From assembly GCA_002331145.1 (NCBI GenBank), contig DCYT01000001.1:223697-287696 (forward strand): a DNA stretch of 64,000 nucleotides, given 5' to 3'. Positions 9,847-19,443 of the stretch are shown here, piece by piece; positions within the stretch are counted from its first letter, which is position 1, and the number at the start of each line of letters is the position of its first letter. The notes under the pieces are model-generated. The model was given only the letters and a program-made list of their open reading frames with translations, was not told where the DNA came from and searched no databases. Origin of the DNA: Candidatus Minusculum obligatum (lineage in GTDB: Bacteria > Patescibacteriota > Minisyncoccia > Phycocordibacterales > Phycocordibacteraceae). A program made the translations under genes and the position numbers.

Positions 9847-10770
9847 ATGCAGTATGATCTTGTAATTATTGGAGGAGGACCCGCAGCAGTATCTGGCGGG
9901 ATTTACGCAGCTCGTAAAAAACTAAAGACTGCACTTATTGCCACAGAGATTGCAGGACAAAGTGTTGTCTCAGAAGGTATCCAAAACTGGATAGGAGAAG
10001 TTTCTATTCCTGGAGCAGATTTGGTTAAGAAGTTTAGAGAACACCTAGATGCCTATAAGGGAGATATTGTGGAGATTCATGAGGGACAAACAGTAAGTAA
10101 GGTTGAAAAGAAAGATGAAGGACACTTTGTTACAACAACAGACAAAGGAGAGACTTTTGAATCCCGCGCTGTGCTTGTAGCATCTGGTGCTGTGCGAAGA
10201 CGACTTCCTGTACCTGGAGCAGATGAATTTGAGCACAAAGGACTTACCTACTGTGCTAGTTGTGACGGACCTCTCTTTACTGACATGGACGTTGTAGTTG
10301 TTGGAGGAGGAAATGCTGGATTTGAAACTGCAGCGCAGCTTCTAGCCTATACAAAGAGTGTTACTCTTCTACACCGAAGTGACTCATTTAAGGCAGACCC
10401 TGTGACTGTAGAGAAAGTTCTTGCAGATCCAAAGATGACTGCCATTACAAATGCTAATACTAAAGAAGTACTTGGAGATAAATTTGTAACTGGAATCAAG
10501 TACGAAGTTAATGGAGAAGAAAAAGAACTTCCAGTTGCTGGAATCTTTGTAGAGATTGGAATGGTTCCTTCAACAAACTTTGTAGAAGGACTTGTAGCCC
10601 TAGATGATTACAAGCGAATCAAGGTTGATGGAAAGAGTCAGCAGACAGAAACTCCTGGTATCTGGGCAGCTGGAGATTGTACCGATGAGCTCTATCACCA
10701 AAACAATATTGCTGCAGGAGATGCAGTTAAAGCACTTGAGGATATTTACGTACACCTAAAGGCTAAGTAA
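9847..10770 (+). CDS. trxB: thioredoxin reductase / AhpF C-terminal-like FAD-dependent disulfide reductase
   Basis: GGGPA FAD motif, YCASCDG, GGGNAG, AAGDCT. Confidence 0.85.
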   Translation: MQYDLVIIGGGPAAVSGGIYAARKKLKTALIATEIAGQSVVSEGIQNWIGEVSIPGADLVKKFREHLDAYKGDIVEIHEGQTVSKVEKKDEGHFVTTTDKGETFESRAVLVASGAVRRRLPVPGADEFEHKGLTYCASCDGPLFTDMDVVVVGGGNAGFETAAQLLAYTKSVTLLHRSDSFKADPVTVEKVLADPKMTAITNANTKEVLGDKFVTGIKYEVNGEEKELPVAGIFVEIGMVPSTNFVEGLVALDDYKRIKVDGKSQQTETPGIWAAGDCTDELYHQNNIAAGDAVKALEDIYVHLKAK

Positions 10771-11187
10771 ATGAAAAACATACGAACATTGCCTCAACTG
10801 CTTGTTCGTATTTTCATACGTCCCGTATTTCCCTTTTTCCAATGGCTTGTTGTTACTCTTGGAATTATCAAGGCTCCTCCACGACAAGAGTTCCTTCTTG
10901 GAAAGTTGAGAGAAAATCTTTCATTTGATGAGGTACATAAACTTCTTAGAAAAGAAGGTTTTTATACAAACCGTATTGCCTTCATTGATCCAGGACAAGT
11001 TCTTAGCATGCGACGATTGGATGAGGAAAAACCTGACTGGCAATATCATATTCGTATTTTTGAAGATGGAGAGATTCGAGGACATTATGAGAAAACTCCC
11101 GAAGACCACCCCTTTGAACACTTAAACAATGTTGGGTTTGAAAATAGAGCCAACATGTTCTCCACATGGACTAAAAACATAACTTGA
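10771..11187 (+). CDS. hypothetical protein
   Basis: 138 aa ORF abutting trxB; QYHIRIFEDGEIRGHYE...PFEHL segment looks family-conserved. Confidence 0.7.
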   Translation: MKNIRTLPQLLVRIFIRPVFPFFQWLVVTLGIIKAPPRQEFLLGKLRENLSFDEVHKLLRKEGFYTNRIAFIDPGQVLSMRRLDEEKPDWQYHIRIFEDGEIRGHYEKTPEDHPFEHLNNVGFENRANMFSTWTKNIT

Positions 11188-11213
11188 CAGAATTATACTG
11201 CGGGTGGTATAAT
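11184..11213 (+). promoter_or_regulatory. near-consensus sigma70 promoter
   Basis: TTGACA-18-TATAAT with extended TG. Confidence 0.85.
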
Positions 11214-11265
11214 GTAAACAGTTACGTACATTGGGTATGTAACTGTTCTTTACATGGAGGCTGTT

Positions 11266-11442
11266 ATGGCCAAAAATCTTGCAGATGACCTGCGTCAGCG
11301 CAAAGAAGACCGCACGCAACACCGTCCTGCTTTTTCTGACAGGAACGGATGTGTGCACTTTGGGGAAACTCAAAGAGCAGCACAGCTTGTTGCGGCTGAA
11401 ACGAATCGGTCCTACGGCGCAAACGGTGGTCGTCGCGACTAA
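11266..11442 (+). CDS. 58-aa small basic protein (SD cassette)
   Basis: 5' hairpin 11214-11253, SD GGAGG 11256-11260, MAKNLADDLRQRKEDR..., terminator GGGGACAGAA-ttctg-TTCTGTCCCC ~11474-11507. Confidence 0.7.
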   Translation: MAKNLADDLRQRKEDRTQHRPAFSDRNGCVHFGETQRAAQLVAAETNRSYGANGGRRD

Positions 11443-11562
11443 CCAAGAATACGACTCAGAGAGACGAGTCATTGGGGACAGAATTCTGTTCTGTCCCCTC
11501 TTCTTTTGAGCTCATGAACATATTCGTGACCTCAAAGAGAGGATCTTTACACGGAGGTGGTG

Positions 11563-11937
11563 ATGGATACTGTCAGAATTCTCTGGCGGTCTAAACACCC
11601 GCCAACAAATAAACATAAACAGCTCCTTGAAGAGCTGTACGCAGGGAAAAAAGTTATTCTTTCTCCAGATGCAAATTGGATCAAGCACGCACATCACGTT
11701 GCTGAAGAATTCAAGACTGGAGAGTATGACGACCTGTTTGTGAATGCATCCTGGACCGTTCTCGATGCAATTGCAAAATGTGGCACACCGCCACTCATTG
11801 CAATTCTTGAAGAAAGTTCAGAACAAGATGCCGATCTTCATGACGGCAGAACTCACAAACAAGTGGTTGAAATTCGTCGCTTTAAGCAACTTATTATCGA
11901 CCACACAAAACCTCAACCGTATGAGTTGAAGAACTAA
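11563..11937 (+). CDS. 124-aa hypothetical protein (ILWRSKHPP N-terminus; SD cassette)
   Basis: SD GGAGGT 11553-11558, ATG 11563, terminator AAGCCGC...GCGGCTTTT right after the stop. Confidence 0.75.
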   Translation: MDTVRILWRSKHPPTNKHKQLLEELYAGKKVILSPDANWIKHAHHVAEEFKTGEYDDLFVNASWTVLDAIAKCGTPPLIAILEESSEQDADLHDGRTHKQVVEIRRFKQLIIDHTKPQPYELKN

Positions 11938-11965
11938 GCCGCTAGGATTTATCCGGCGGCTTTTC

Positions 11966-12652
11966 TCATGCCCTAGGCACAGAAATTCTTCGAATAGATT
12001 CGTTTCTATGAATCAATTCATCATCTCGAATTGAACAAAATAACTCATATTCATTTTTACACTCTCTTCCATAGAATTTTAGAAACTCACTCTCTATGTG
12101 GCGCTTCTTAAGCTCATCTCCACACTCTTCAATAAATTCTGAATACTGTTCATACGCATGAGACTCAAAAAGGTAGTTGAGCTCAAGTGCTGACTTTCGG
12201 TGCACCGTATAAAGAACAGCGCTCACGATGTAATAAAAGAATGAAAATAGAAGAGGGATAAGATAGTGCCTAAATGGTCCTCCAAGACCTTCCCTCTTGC
12301 AAATCTGTGTCATTACAACAACATGCATGGTCTCATTATCCTGCGCCACACGCCCAAAACGAGATGTGTGCGTTAGATTAATAGCCTTTTGCTCATTCCC
12401 GTACATGGCAGTTAAAAACATGTATGAGATCCATTCCCACGACTGATATGGGATACGTGCAATAACTTCTACTGCTTTAAATTTTTCATACGATGGCTTC
12501 TTCCCGTATACGGTATTCCCTGCAAATACGAGTATCCAACCAAAAATATTAGGAATAATTCCTACCTTGTATTCGCCACAAGCATTTTCATACCCCTTCT
12601 TAAATTCTGAGTCTTTAAGCTTTTCTACCAACTCCTCGTGTCTTTTGTCCAT
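11966..12652 (-). CDS. alternative oxidase-like (ferritin-like di-iron) protein
   Basis: EVIARIPY, NETMH, ELNYLFESHAY, IRDDELIH: E / ExxH / E / ExxH ligand pattern of the AOX family. Confidence 0.8.
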   Translation of the reverse strand: MDKRHEELVEKLKDSEFKKGYENACGEYKVGIIPNIFGWILVFAGNTVYGKKPSYEKFKAVEVIARIPYQSWEWISYMFLTAMYGNEQKAINLTHTSRFGRVAQDNETMHVVVMTQICKREGLGGPFRHYLIPLLFSFFYYIVSAVLYTVHRKSALELNYLFESHAYEQYSEFIEECGDELKKRHIESEFLKFYGRECKNEYELFCSIRDDELIHRNESIRRISVPRA

Positions 12653-12724
12653 ATGACTCTAGTATATACGTATTGTTTGATTCTGGCGTTTTCTCCCCAA
12701 AATGCTACAATCGCGGCTACTTAC

Positions 12725-12796
12725 GGCCCTATCGTCTAATGGTTAGGACACCAGGTTTTCATCCTGGAAATCGGGGTTCAATTCCCCGTAGGGTCA
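12725..12796 (+). tRNA. tRNA-Glu(TTC)
   Basis: GGCCCTA acceptor, anticodon arm CCAGG-TT-TTC-AT-CCTGG, GGTTCAATTCC T arm. Confidence 0.95.
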
Positions 12797-13783
12797 CAGA
12801 ATTTCAGGCTCGTTCGTAAGCCTCACGCCAGTTTCAGACTCAACTTTCTTTTGAACTTTCTCAAAAAGTTCCTGTATTTGCGATGCTGTTGCCTCACCTT
12901 TATTTACAATCATATTTGCTTGAGTCTCTGAAATACACGCATCTCCCACACAAAGTCCCTTAAGCCCTAAATCATCAATAAGTGCAGCACCTGGAATTTT
13001 AAATCCGTCTTCTGTTTTAAACACAGATTTCTTTACCTTCTCTGAGAGATTATATTTCTCAAGATCATCCACTTCTACATTTTTGAAAAATGAACCAACA
13101 CTCCAAATATTCTCTGGGTCTAAATCTTTTCCTTTTCTAATTTCTATTACCTTCTCTCTAATTTCTTTCTGTGTTGGATTATCTTTAAAGTTTTTTAGAC
13201 TTCGATACTTTGTAATTGGCTTTGGTTTTTTAGAAAGTTCTAAAGTTAATGAATGAACAATATACTTTCCTTTCTTATCAGTATTGAAAATACTTCTCCT
13301 GTACCCAAAGCCGCAATCTTCACAAAGAATTCGCTCATACATCTCTGTCTCAATATTAAAAGCATTTACGCTTTTAATATATGAAGATGCCTCAACTCCA
13401 TACGCTCCTACATTTTGTATAGCGAGCCCTGCTACAGTTCCTGGAATAAGTGAGAGATTCTCAAGGCCCCAATACCCCTTCTCTACCGTCTCTTGAATGA
13501 AACTGTCTAGATTCTCTGCAGCACCTACAGAAATAGTTACACTCTCTTCATCTTCTTTTAAAACTTCACTTCCCTTCACATCAAGTTGTACGACAACCAT
13601 ATCAAGCACCCTCTCTGGAAGAACAATATTGCTTCCCCCACCAAGCACAAATATTGGAAGATTCTTTTCTTTTGCAAATGAAGCTGTGGCCTGGAGGTCA
13701 TTTGTCTCAACAAAATATTGAGCAATACCACCCACTTTTAGCGTTGTCTTGTCTTTCAGTTCAACTCGTTCAGAAACCTTCAT
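12794..13783 (-). CDS. murB: UDP-N-acetylmuramate dehydrogenase
   Basis: TTLKVGG, LGGGSN, GLENLSLIPGTV, QNVGAYG, FGYRRSIF, GSFFKN. Confidence 0.93.
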   Translation of the reverse strand: MKVSERVELKDKTTLKVGGIAQYFVETNDLQATASFAKEKNLPIFVLGGGSNIVLPERVLDMVVVQLDVKGSEVLKEDEESVTISVGAAENLDSFIQETVEKGYWGLENLSLIPGTVAGLAIQNVGAYGVEASSYIKSVNAFNIETEMYERILCEDCGFGYRRSIFNTDKKGKYIVHSLTLELSKKPKPITKYRSLKNFKDNPTQKEIREKVIEIRKGKDLDPENIWSVGSFFKNVEVDDLEKYNLSEKVKKSVFKTEDGFKIPGAALIDDLGLKGLCVGDACISETQANMIVNKGEATASQIQELFEKVQKKVESETGVRLTNEPEIL

Positions 13784-13822
13784 TTCATTGAATAGTACCA
13801 ATAAATAGGCTAGGCTTCACCT

Positions 13823-14980
13823 ATGAAAATCCTAGCGATTGAAACCTCATGTGACGAGACAGCTGTTGCTGTTATTGAAGCTACTGGAGACTCAAAATCT
13901 GCAGAATTTAACGTGCTTGGAAATGCACTTCTTTCGCAAATTGAACTACACCGAGAGTACGGTGGTGTATACCCATCTCTTGCAAAGCGAGAGCATGCAA
14001 AGAATCTAACTCCTATTACACGAGCAGCCCTAACTGAAGCTGAGATGATTGTGAGCAATAGAGTTGACCTTAATGATGAGGTGAAGGCAAAAATTACAGA
14101 GCTCCTACACAGAGAGCCTGAAATGACATCTGCATTCCTTGAATTCGTACAAGAAGTTGAAGTTCCTAACATTGATGCAATTGCGATAACACACGGACCA
14201 GGATTAGCTCCCGCTCTTTGGGTTGGTGTTAACTTTGCACAAGCATTAGCACTCGCATGGGATAAACCTCTTGTTCCAGTAAACCACATGGAGGGACACA
14301 TTGTCTCTTCACTTCTTAAAGAGAACAAAATTGAGAACGTAAAGCTTCCACTCCTTGCTCTCCTTATCTCAGGAGGCCACACAGAGCTTGTACTGATGAA
14401 GGACTGGCTTTCATATGAACTTATAGGACAAACACGAGATGATGCTGTTGGAGAGGCTTTTGATAAGGTGGCACGTATGATGGATCTTCCATACCCTGGA
14501 GGACCTGAGATAAGCAAGCTTGCAGAGAAAGCACGAGAAGAAGGGCTTGAGGAAGTATTCAATCTCCCCCGCCCTATGCTTGATTCAAAAGATTGTGACT
14601 TCTCTTTTGCGGGACTTAAGACTTCTGTTCTCTATGCTCTTAAAGAACTCCCGAATTTAAACGGTGAAGACAAGAAAAATATTGCACACGCATTTGAAAA
14701 TGCAGCAGCTGATGTACTAAAAGCAAAAACCCTTAAAGCTATTGAAGAGCATGGAGTGCAATCTCTTGTGCTTGGAGGAGGAGTATCTGCAAACCATCAC
14801 ATACGAAGAGTTTTTGAAGAAACCATCTCTGAGAAACATCCTGAAGTTGATCTCTATCTCCCAGAGCCAAAACTCACAACCGACAATGCCATTATGATTG
14901 GTGTTGCAGGATACTTCAGAGCACTGAGAAAAGAATTTGCTACAGAGATAAAAGCAGACGGAAATCTAAAAGTGCACTAA
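13823..14980 (+). CDS. tsaD: tRNA N6-threonylcarbamoyltransferase TsaD
   Basis: ILAIETSCDET, NHMEGH, SGGHT, DDAVGEAFDK, DNAIMI. Confidence 0.97.
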   Translation: MKILAIETSCDETAVAVIEATGDSKSAEFNVLGNALLSQIELHREYGGVYPSLAKREHAKNLTPITRAALTEAEMIVSNRVDLNDEVKAKITELLHREPEMTSAFLEFVQEVEVPNIDAIAITHGPGLAPALWVGVNFAQALALAWDKPLVPVNHMEGHIVSSLLKENKIENVKLPLLALLISGGHTELVLMKDWLSYELIGQTRDDAVGEAFDKVARMMDLPYPGGPEISKLAEKAREEGLEEVFNLPRPMLDSKDCDFSFAGLKTSVLYALKELPNLNGEDKKNIAHAFENAAADVLKAKTLKAIEEHGVQSLVLGGGVSANHHIRRVFEETISEKHPEVDLYLPEPKLTTDNAIMIGVAGYFRALRKEFATEIKADGNLKVH

Positions 14981-15025
14981 ATATCCGCTTCAAAAGCGGG
15001 TATTTTTCTGATACTCTGGTCAGAT

Positions 15026-17206
15026 ATGCACGAGAAATTCGAAAAACCATACGATCCGCAGGAAACGGAATCTCGTATCTATCAAATGTGGGAGGAATCA
15101 GGACTTTTTAATCCAGAGAAGTCTATTGAGGCTGGATATACAGATGAAAATGCTGAGTCATATACCATTGTCCTTCCCCCACCGAATGTAACTGGAGTAC
15201 TTCACATGGGACATGCTTCGATGCTCGCCATTGAAGACCTTCTTATTCGTTACCACCGAATGCAAGGAAAGCGAACTCTTTGGATCCCAGGAACTGACTC
15301 TGCCTCTATTGCTACACAGAGCGTAGTTGAGAAAAAAGTTCAAAAAGAAGAAAAGAAAAATCGCCACGACCTTGGACGTGAAGTATTTCTTGAGAGAATT
15401 GCTGACTTTGTAGAAGATAGTAAAAATACAATAATCTCTCAGGTCAAAGCCATGGGATCGTCACTTGATTGGTCTCGCTACGCTTTCACAATGGATGAGA
15501 CACGAACCAATGCTGTGAATGAGGCGTTTATCCGAATGTACAATGCAGGACTTATTACACGCGGACACCGGAGCGTAAACTGGGACCCGAAAGGACAGAC
15601 TACGATTTCAGATGATGAGGTTGAATATAAGGAAGAAACAACAAAATTCTACTACCTAAAGTACGGGCCATTTACCATTGGAACTGCACGACCTGAGACA
15701 AAATTCGGAGACAAATACGTGGTAATGCATCCAGATGATGAGCGGTACAAGGAGTATGAGCATGGGCAGCAACTAGAAGTTGAGTGGATCAATGGGAAAA
15801 TTACCGCAACCATCATCAAAGATGAGGCTGCAAATCCTGAGTTTGGATCAGGAGTTATGACCATTACCCCATGGCACTCTGCAATTGATTTTGATATCGC
15901 AAAGAAACACGATCTTGAGTATGAGCAGATAATTGATTTCTACGGAAAACTTCTTCCTGTTGCAGGAGAGGAGTTTGAAGGAATGAAGATTAGTGAAGCT
16001 CGAGAAAAGATTATTGAGAAACTTGATGGCAAGGGACTTGTTGAAAAAATTGATGAGGACTACGTTCACAACATTGCTATTGGAGATAGAACAAAGGCAA
16101 CTATTGAACCTCAAGTTATGGAACAGTGGTTTATTGATGTAAATAAAAAAATCACCCTTCCAGAGTCACACATAACTGGAATTAAAGATGGACAAGAAGT
16201 AACACTCAAAGAACTTATGATTGCTGCTGTAGAAAGTGGTGATGTTGATATTATTCCAAATCGTTTCAATAAGATTTACTTCCACTGGGTAAATAATCTA
16301 CGCCCATGGTGTATTAGCCGACAGATTTGGTACGGACACCGCATCCCCATGTGGTACAAGGATGGTGAGGCAAAAGCTCAAGTTGAATCTCCTGGAGATG
16401 GATGGGAGCAAGACCCTGACACACTCGATACATGGTTCTCTTCAGGACTTTGGACACTCTCAACACTTGGGTGGCCAAATAACGAAGAAGATCTAAAAAT
16501 CTATCATCCAACCTCAGTACTTGAGACAGGACACGACATTATCTTCTTCTGGGTTGCTCGAATGATCCTTATGACAACATTCCTTACTGGAGAAGTTCCA
16601 TTTAAGAAAGTATTCCTTCATGGAATGGTTCGAGATGCTAAGGGAGCAAAGATGAGTAAGAGTAAAGGAAATGGAATTGATCCACTTGATCTTATCTCTG
16701 AGTATGGGGCAGATGCTTCTCGCTTTGCACTCCTTACAGGAGCAGCTCCAGGAAACGACATTCCTCTTGATGTACAGCAAGTGCGCGGGTACAAAAAGTT
16801 TACAAACAAGATCTGGAATGTTGCACGTTTCGTTCTAACTCACACTGATGGCGTAGACCTTTCAAAACGCCCTGACTTCTCTGAAGATGATGAGAAAGAT
16901 CTTGAAGAACTTAATGCAATGGTAAATGAAGTTACTGAGCACCTAGATACCTACCGATTTGATCTTGCTGCAGACCGTGCATACCACTACTTATGGCACA
17001 CATTCGCTGATATTATTATTGAGAAGAGTAAAGAAGAGCTTGAGGGAGACCGTAGAAGCACTGTGCAGTGGAAACTCTATTTCATCCTTATAACAGTATT
17101 GAAAACTCTTCATCCATTCATGCCATTTGTTACTGAAGAAATTTGGCAGTCTCTTGATACAAAAGAGTCTCCGTATCTTTTTGTTGCAAAATGGCCTAAA
17201 GCCTAA
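15026..17206 (+). CDS. valS: valyl-tRNA synthetase (short form without C-terminal coiled-coil arm)
   Basis: PPPNVTGVLHMGH, WCISRQIWYGH, DTWFSS, KMSKS; ends at ..AKWP after the anticodon domain. Confidence 0.95.
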   Translation: MHEKFEKPYDPQETESRIYQMWEESGLFNPEKSIEAGYTDENAESYTIVLPPPNVTGVLHMGHASMLAIEDLLIRYHRMQGKRTLWIPGTDSASIATQSVVEKKVQKEEKKNRHDLGREVFLERIADFVEDSKNTIISQVKAMGSSLDWSRYAFTMDETRTNAVNEAFIRMYNAGLITRGHRSVNWDPKGQTTISDDEVEYKEETTKFYYLKYGPFTIGTARPETKFGDKYVVMHPDDERYKEYEHGQQLEVEWINGKITATIIKDEAANPEFGSGVMTITPWHSAIDFDIAKKHDLEYEQIIDFYGKLLPVAGEEFEGMKISEAREKIIEKLDGKGLVEKIDEDYVHNIAIGDRTKATIEPQVMEQWFIDVNKKITLPESHITGIKDGQEVTLKELMIAAVESGDVDIIPNRFNKIYFHWVNNLRPWCISRQIWYGHRIPMWYKDGEAKAQVESPGDGWEQDPDTLDTWFSSGLWTLSTLGWPNNEEDLKIYHPTSVLETGHDIIFFWVARMILMTTFLTGEVPFKKVFLHGMVRDAKGAKMSKSKGNGIDPLDLISEYGADASRFALLTGAAPGNDIPLDVQQVRGYKKFTNKIWNVARFVLTHTDGVDLSKRPDFSEDDEKDLEELNAMVNEVTEHLDTYRFDLAADRAYHYLWHTFADIIIEKSKEELEGDRRSTVQWKLYFILITVLKTLHPFMPFVTEEIWQSLDTKESPYLFVAKWPKA

Positions 17207-17917
17207 ATGCCTGAAATACAAACTTTTATATATGCATTCCTTGGTGGACTTTTACCCGCTTTAGTTTGGCTATACTTCTGGCTTAAAGAAGATTCACGAT
17301 GTCCTGAACCACGACATCTTATTTTCTTTGCTTTTGTACTTGGAATGATCGCTGTGCCACTTGTGCTTCCCTTCCAGAAGTGGGCAATAGCGCACTATGG
17401 AGAAATAAGCACTTCTGTTGTTTTTGTATGGGCTGCAGTTGAAGAACTTATGAAGTACGGAGTGGTTGCAGCTGCAATTCTTTGGCGCAAAGCAGTGAAT
17501 GAACCAATTGATGCAATGATGTACATGGTTACTGCAGCGCTTGGTTTTGCAGCACTTGAAAATACACTCTTTCTCCTGGCCCCTATTGCAGATGGAAATC
17601 TTATCGATAGTTTTATAACAGGAAATCTTCGCTTCCTTGGTGCAACACTTCTACATGTATTGGCTTCTGCTGTTGTTGGTTTTGCCATGGCAATCTCTTT
17701 CTATGCACACAAAAAACTCATGCCAATCTATACGAGCATTGGACTTATCCTTGCGATCGCATTGCATACAATCTTTAACCTACTTATAATTTCAGGTGAA
17801 GGATACAACACGTTAACTGCATTCTTCTTTGTTTGGATCGGTGTAGTTATTATCTTGGTGTTGTTTGAAGTTGCACGACTAATTAGACGCACACCAAAGA
17901 AGCGTGACGAATGCTAA
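17207..17917 (+). CDS. prsW: PrsW-family intramembrane glutamic protease
   Basis: EELMK, GFAALEN, LLH and LHTIFN motifs with multiple TM helices. Confidence 0.88.
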   Translation: MPEIQTFIYAFLGGLLPALVWLYFWLKEDSRCPEPRHLIFFAFVLGMIAVPLVLPFQKWAIAHYGEISTSVVFVWAAVEELMKYGVVAAAILWRKAVNEPIDAMMYMVTAALGFAALENTLFLLAPIADGNLIDSFITGNLRFLGATLLHVLASAVVGFAMAISFYAHKKLMPIYTSIGLILAIALHTIFNLLIISGEGYNTLTAFFFVWIGVVIILVLFEVARLIRRTPKKRDEC

Positions 17918-17920
17918 TGT

Positions 17921-18448
17921 ATGTTTGGAAAAAAGAAAAAACAATCACTATTTGAAAAGTTAACTGGAAGCGTAAGTCTGAACGAAGACTTCGATGCTTT
18001 TGAAGATGATTTTAAACCTGAGATTGCAGAAGAAGTACCTACAAAGAAGATTTCAGTAAATGAACATGATGAACCTCTTCCACCTGAGATGGAAGAGGAG
18101 GAGCCAGAAAATGAAGCTGAGGGGCAACTTCCTGTTGATGTGTATCAAAGTACTAATGAGATTGTTATTCGTGCATTTGTAGCTGGAGTGCGCGCTGACA
18201 TGCTCGACCTCTCTATTACACGGGACATGGTTACTATCTCAGGAGCCCGTGAGGCACGAGAAGAAGTAGACGCAGCAGATTATTTTCATAAAGAACTTTA
18301 TTGGGGATCATTCTCACGAACTATTCTCCTCCCTCAAGAGGTGGATGTAGATGCATCAACAGCATCAGCAAAAGACGGATTGCTTACTCTTATCCTTCCA
18401 AAGCTTGATAAGGCAAGGCAGACGAAACTGAAAGTGAAAAGCGGATAA
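17921..18448 (+). CDS. Hsp20/alpha-crystallin family protein
   Basis: VDVYQ, ELYWGSFSRTILLP, KDGLLTLILPK. Confidence 0.9.
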   Translation: MFGKKKKQSLFEKLTGSVSLNEDFDAFEDDFKPEIAEEVPTKKISVNEHDEPLPPEMEEEEPENEAEGQLPVDVYQSTNEIVIRAFVAGVRADMLDLSITRDMVTISGAREAREEVDAADYFHKELYWGSFSRTILLPQEVDVDASTASAKDGLLTLILPKLDKARQTKLKVKSG

Positions 18449-18481
18449 GAAAAAGGCGATCACATGATCGCCTTTTTCTTT

Positions 18482-18558
18482 TGGTGCTGAGAGGCAGATT
18501 CGAACTGCCGACCCCTTGTGCTTCAAACAAGTGCTCTAACCAACTGAGCTACCTCAGC
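18482..18558 (-). tRNA. tRNA-Phe(GAA)
   Basis: GCTGAGG...CTTGT-TT-GAA-GC-ACAAG...TTCGAAT...CTCAGCACCA with encoded CCA. Confidence 0.93.
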
Positions 18559-18559
18559 A

Positions 18560-18877
18560 TTATTCTGGTGCTTCCACTTTATTACTCTCTATCGCGTTTT
18601 GAAATGCATCGAGCCCTGGAATATTAATAAACTGTTGCAGAATACTTGTATCCCCTGACTTAATAGTCTCAAACGTAGTAGTTGCTCCATCAACGTACGG
18701 CTTTAGAAGAGAGAAATAGATGAAGATTGGAAGTCCAAGGATAACCCCCCAGATAATGAGACGGATGATTCCACTCATAAACATTCCACGCTGAATACCC
18801 CGAATCCGCCTATTGTTCTCTTTCGAGATACGAAGGCTTTCTTTAACCATTCTTTCTAGTCTCTGATCGTCATCCAT
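18560..18877 (-). CDS. hypothetical single-TM protein (CPR-type)
   Basis: MDDDQRLERMVKESLRISKENNRRIRGIQR + TM helix. Confidence 0.75.
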   Translation of the reverse strand: MDDDQRLERMVKESLRISKENNRRIRGIQRGMFMSGIIRLIIWGVILGLPIFIYFSLLKPYVDGATTTFETIKSGDTSILQQFINIPGLDAFQNAIESNKVEAPE

Positions 18878-18954
18878 ACGATGGGTCTTAATATAGCAAA
18901 GATATTGGATTTTGAAAGAATTTAAGCGCCGTACATGTGCACGGCGCTTAATTG

Positions 18955-19125
18955 TCACTCGACTTCCTGAACAGTTTCCACAGACTCTTGAGGAGCACTC
19001 TGGATACCTGTTCCGAGGGCTGTCACAGCACCAATGATCACAACTGCAATCAGTGCAGCGATAAGACCATACTCAATGGCTGTGGCCCCGCCTTCATGAC
19101 CTCGGAATTTCTTCGAAAAGTTCAT
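18955..19125 (-). CDS. flp: Flp/Tad (type IVc) pilin
   Basis: MNFSKKFRGHEGG|ATAIEYGLIAALIAVVIIGAVTALG, the Flp G|xxxxEY motif; SD AAGGAG; terminator TAAGCGCCG...CGGCGCTTA 18922-18950. Confidence 0.9.
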   Translation of the reverse strand: MNFSKKFRGHEGGATAIEYGLIAALIAVVIIGAVTALGTGIQSAPQESVETVQEVE

Positions 19126-19299
19126 GTCCTCTCTCCTTTTCTGGACCATAAGAACTTATCATTTTAAATATAAAAATACTAGTGTAGAGCACCGACCTTT
19201 AGGTCGAACCCTTTTGGCTTTGTTGGTAGAAATATCAAAAAAGAAAAGCCCCTCCAGAGCACCACAAAGTGATGGGAGGGGCTGACCGCGGCCAGGTTT

Positions 19300-19443
19300 T
19301 CACCTAGCCTGTTTATTCTGTTCGCGCAAAGCACGAATGTACGCATTGGGCTTATAGTTTGCCGCTGCATCAGTGGCAAACTTCCCGATTTCAGCAAGCT
19401 TACGCTTTACTGATTTTCGTTTGTTTGCCGCCCTTGCTGCCAT
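19300..19443 (-). CDS. 47-aa basic small protein (SD cassette)
   Basis: TGgTATATT box, SD GGGAGG, MAARAANKRKSVKRKLAEIG..., terminator AGCCCCTCC...GGAGGGGCT-TTTCTTTTTT. Confidence 0.65.
   Translation of the reverse strand: MAARAANKRKSVKRKLAEIGKFATDAAANYKPNAYIRALREQNKQAR

Noticed and set aside
13810-14562. Long antisense ORFs such as the 250-aa one opposite tsaD and the 181-aa one opposite ftsA
   Set aside because: These are Ser/Pro-rich mirror frames of well-supported genes.
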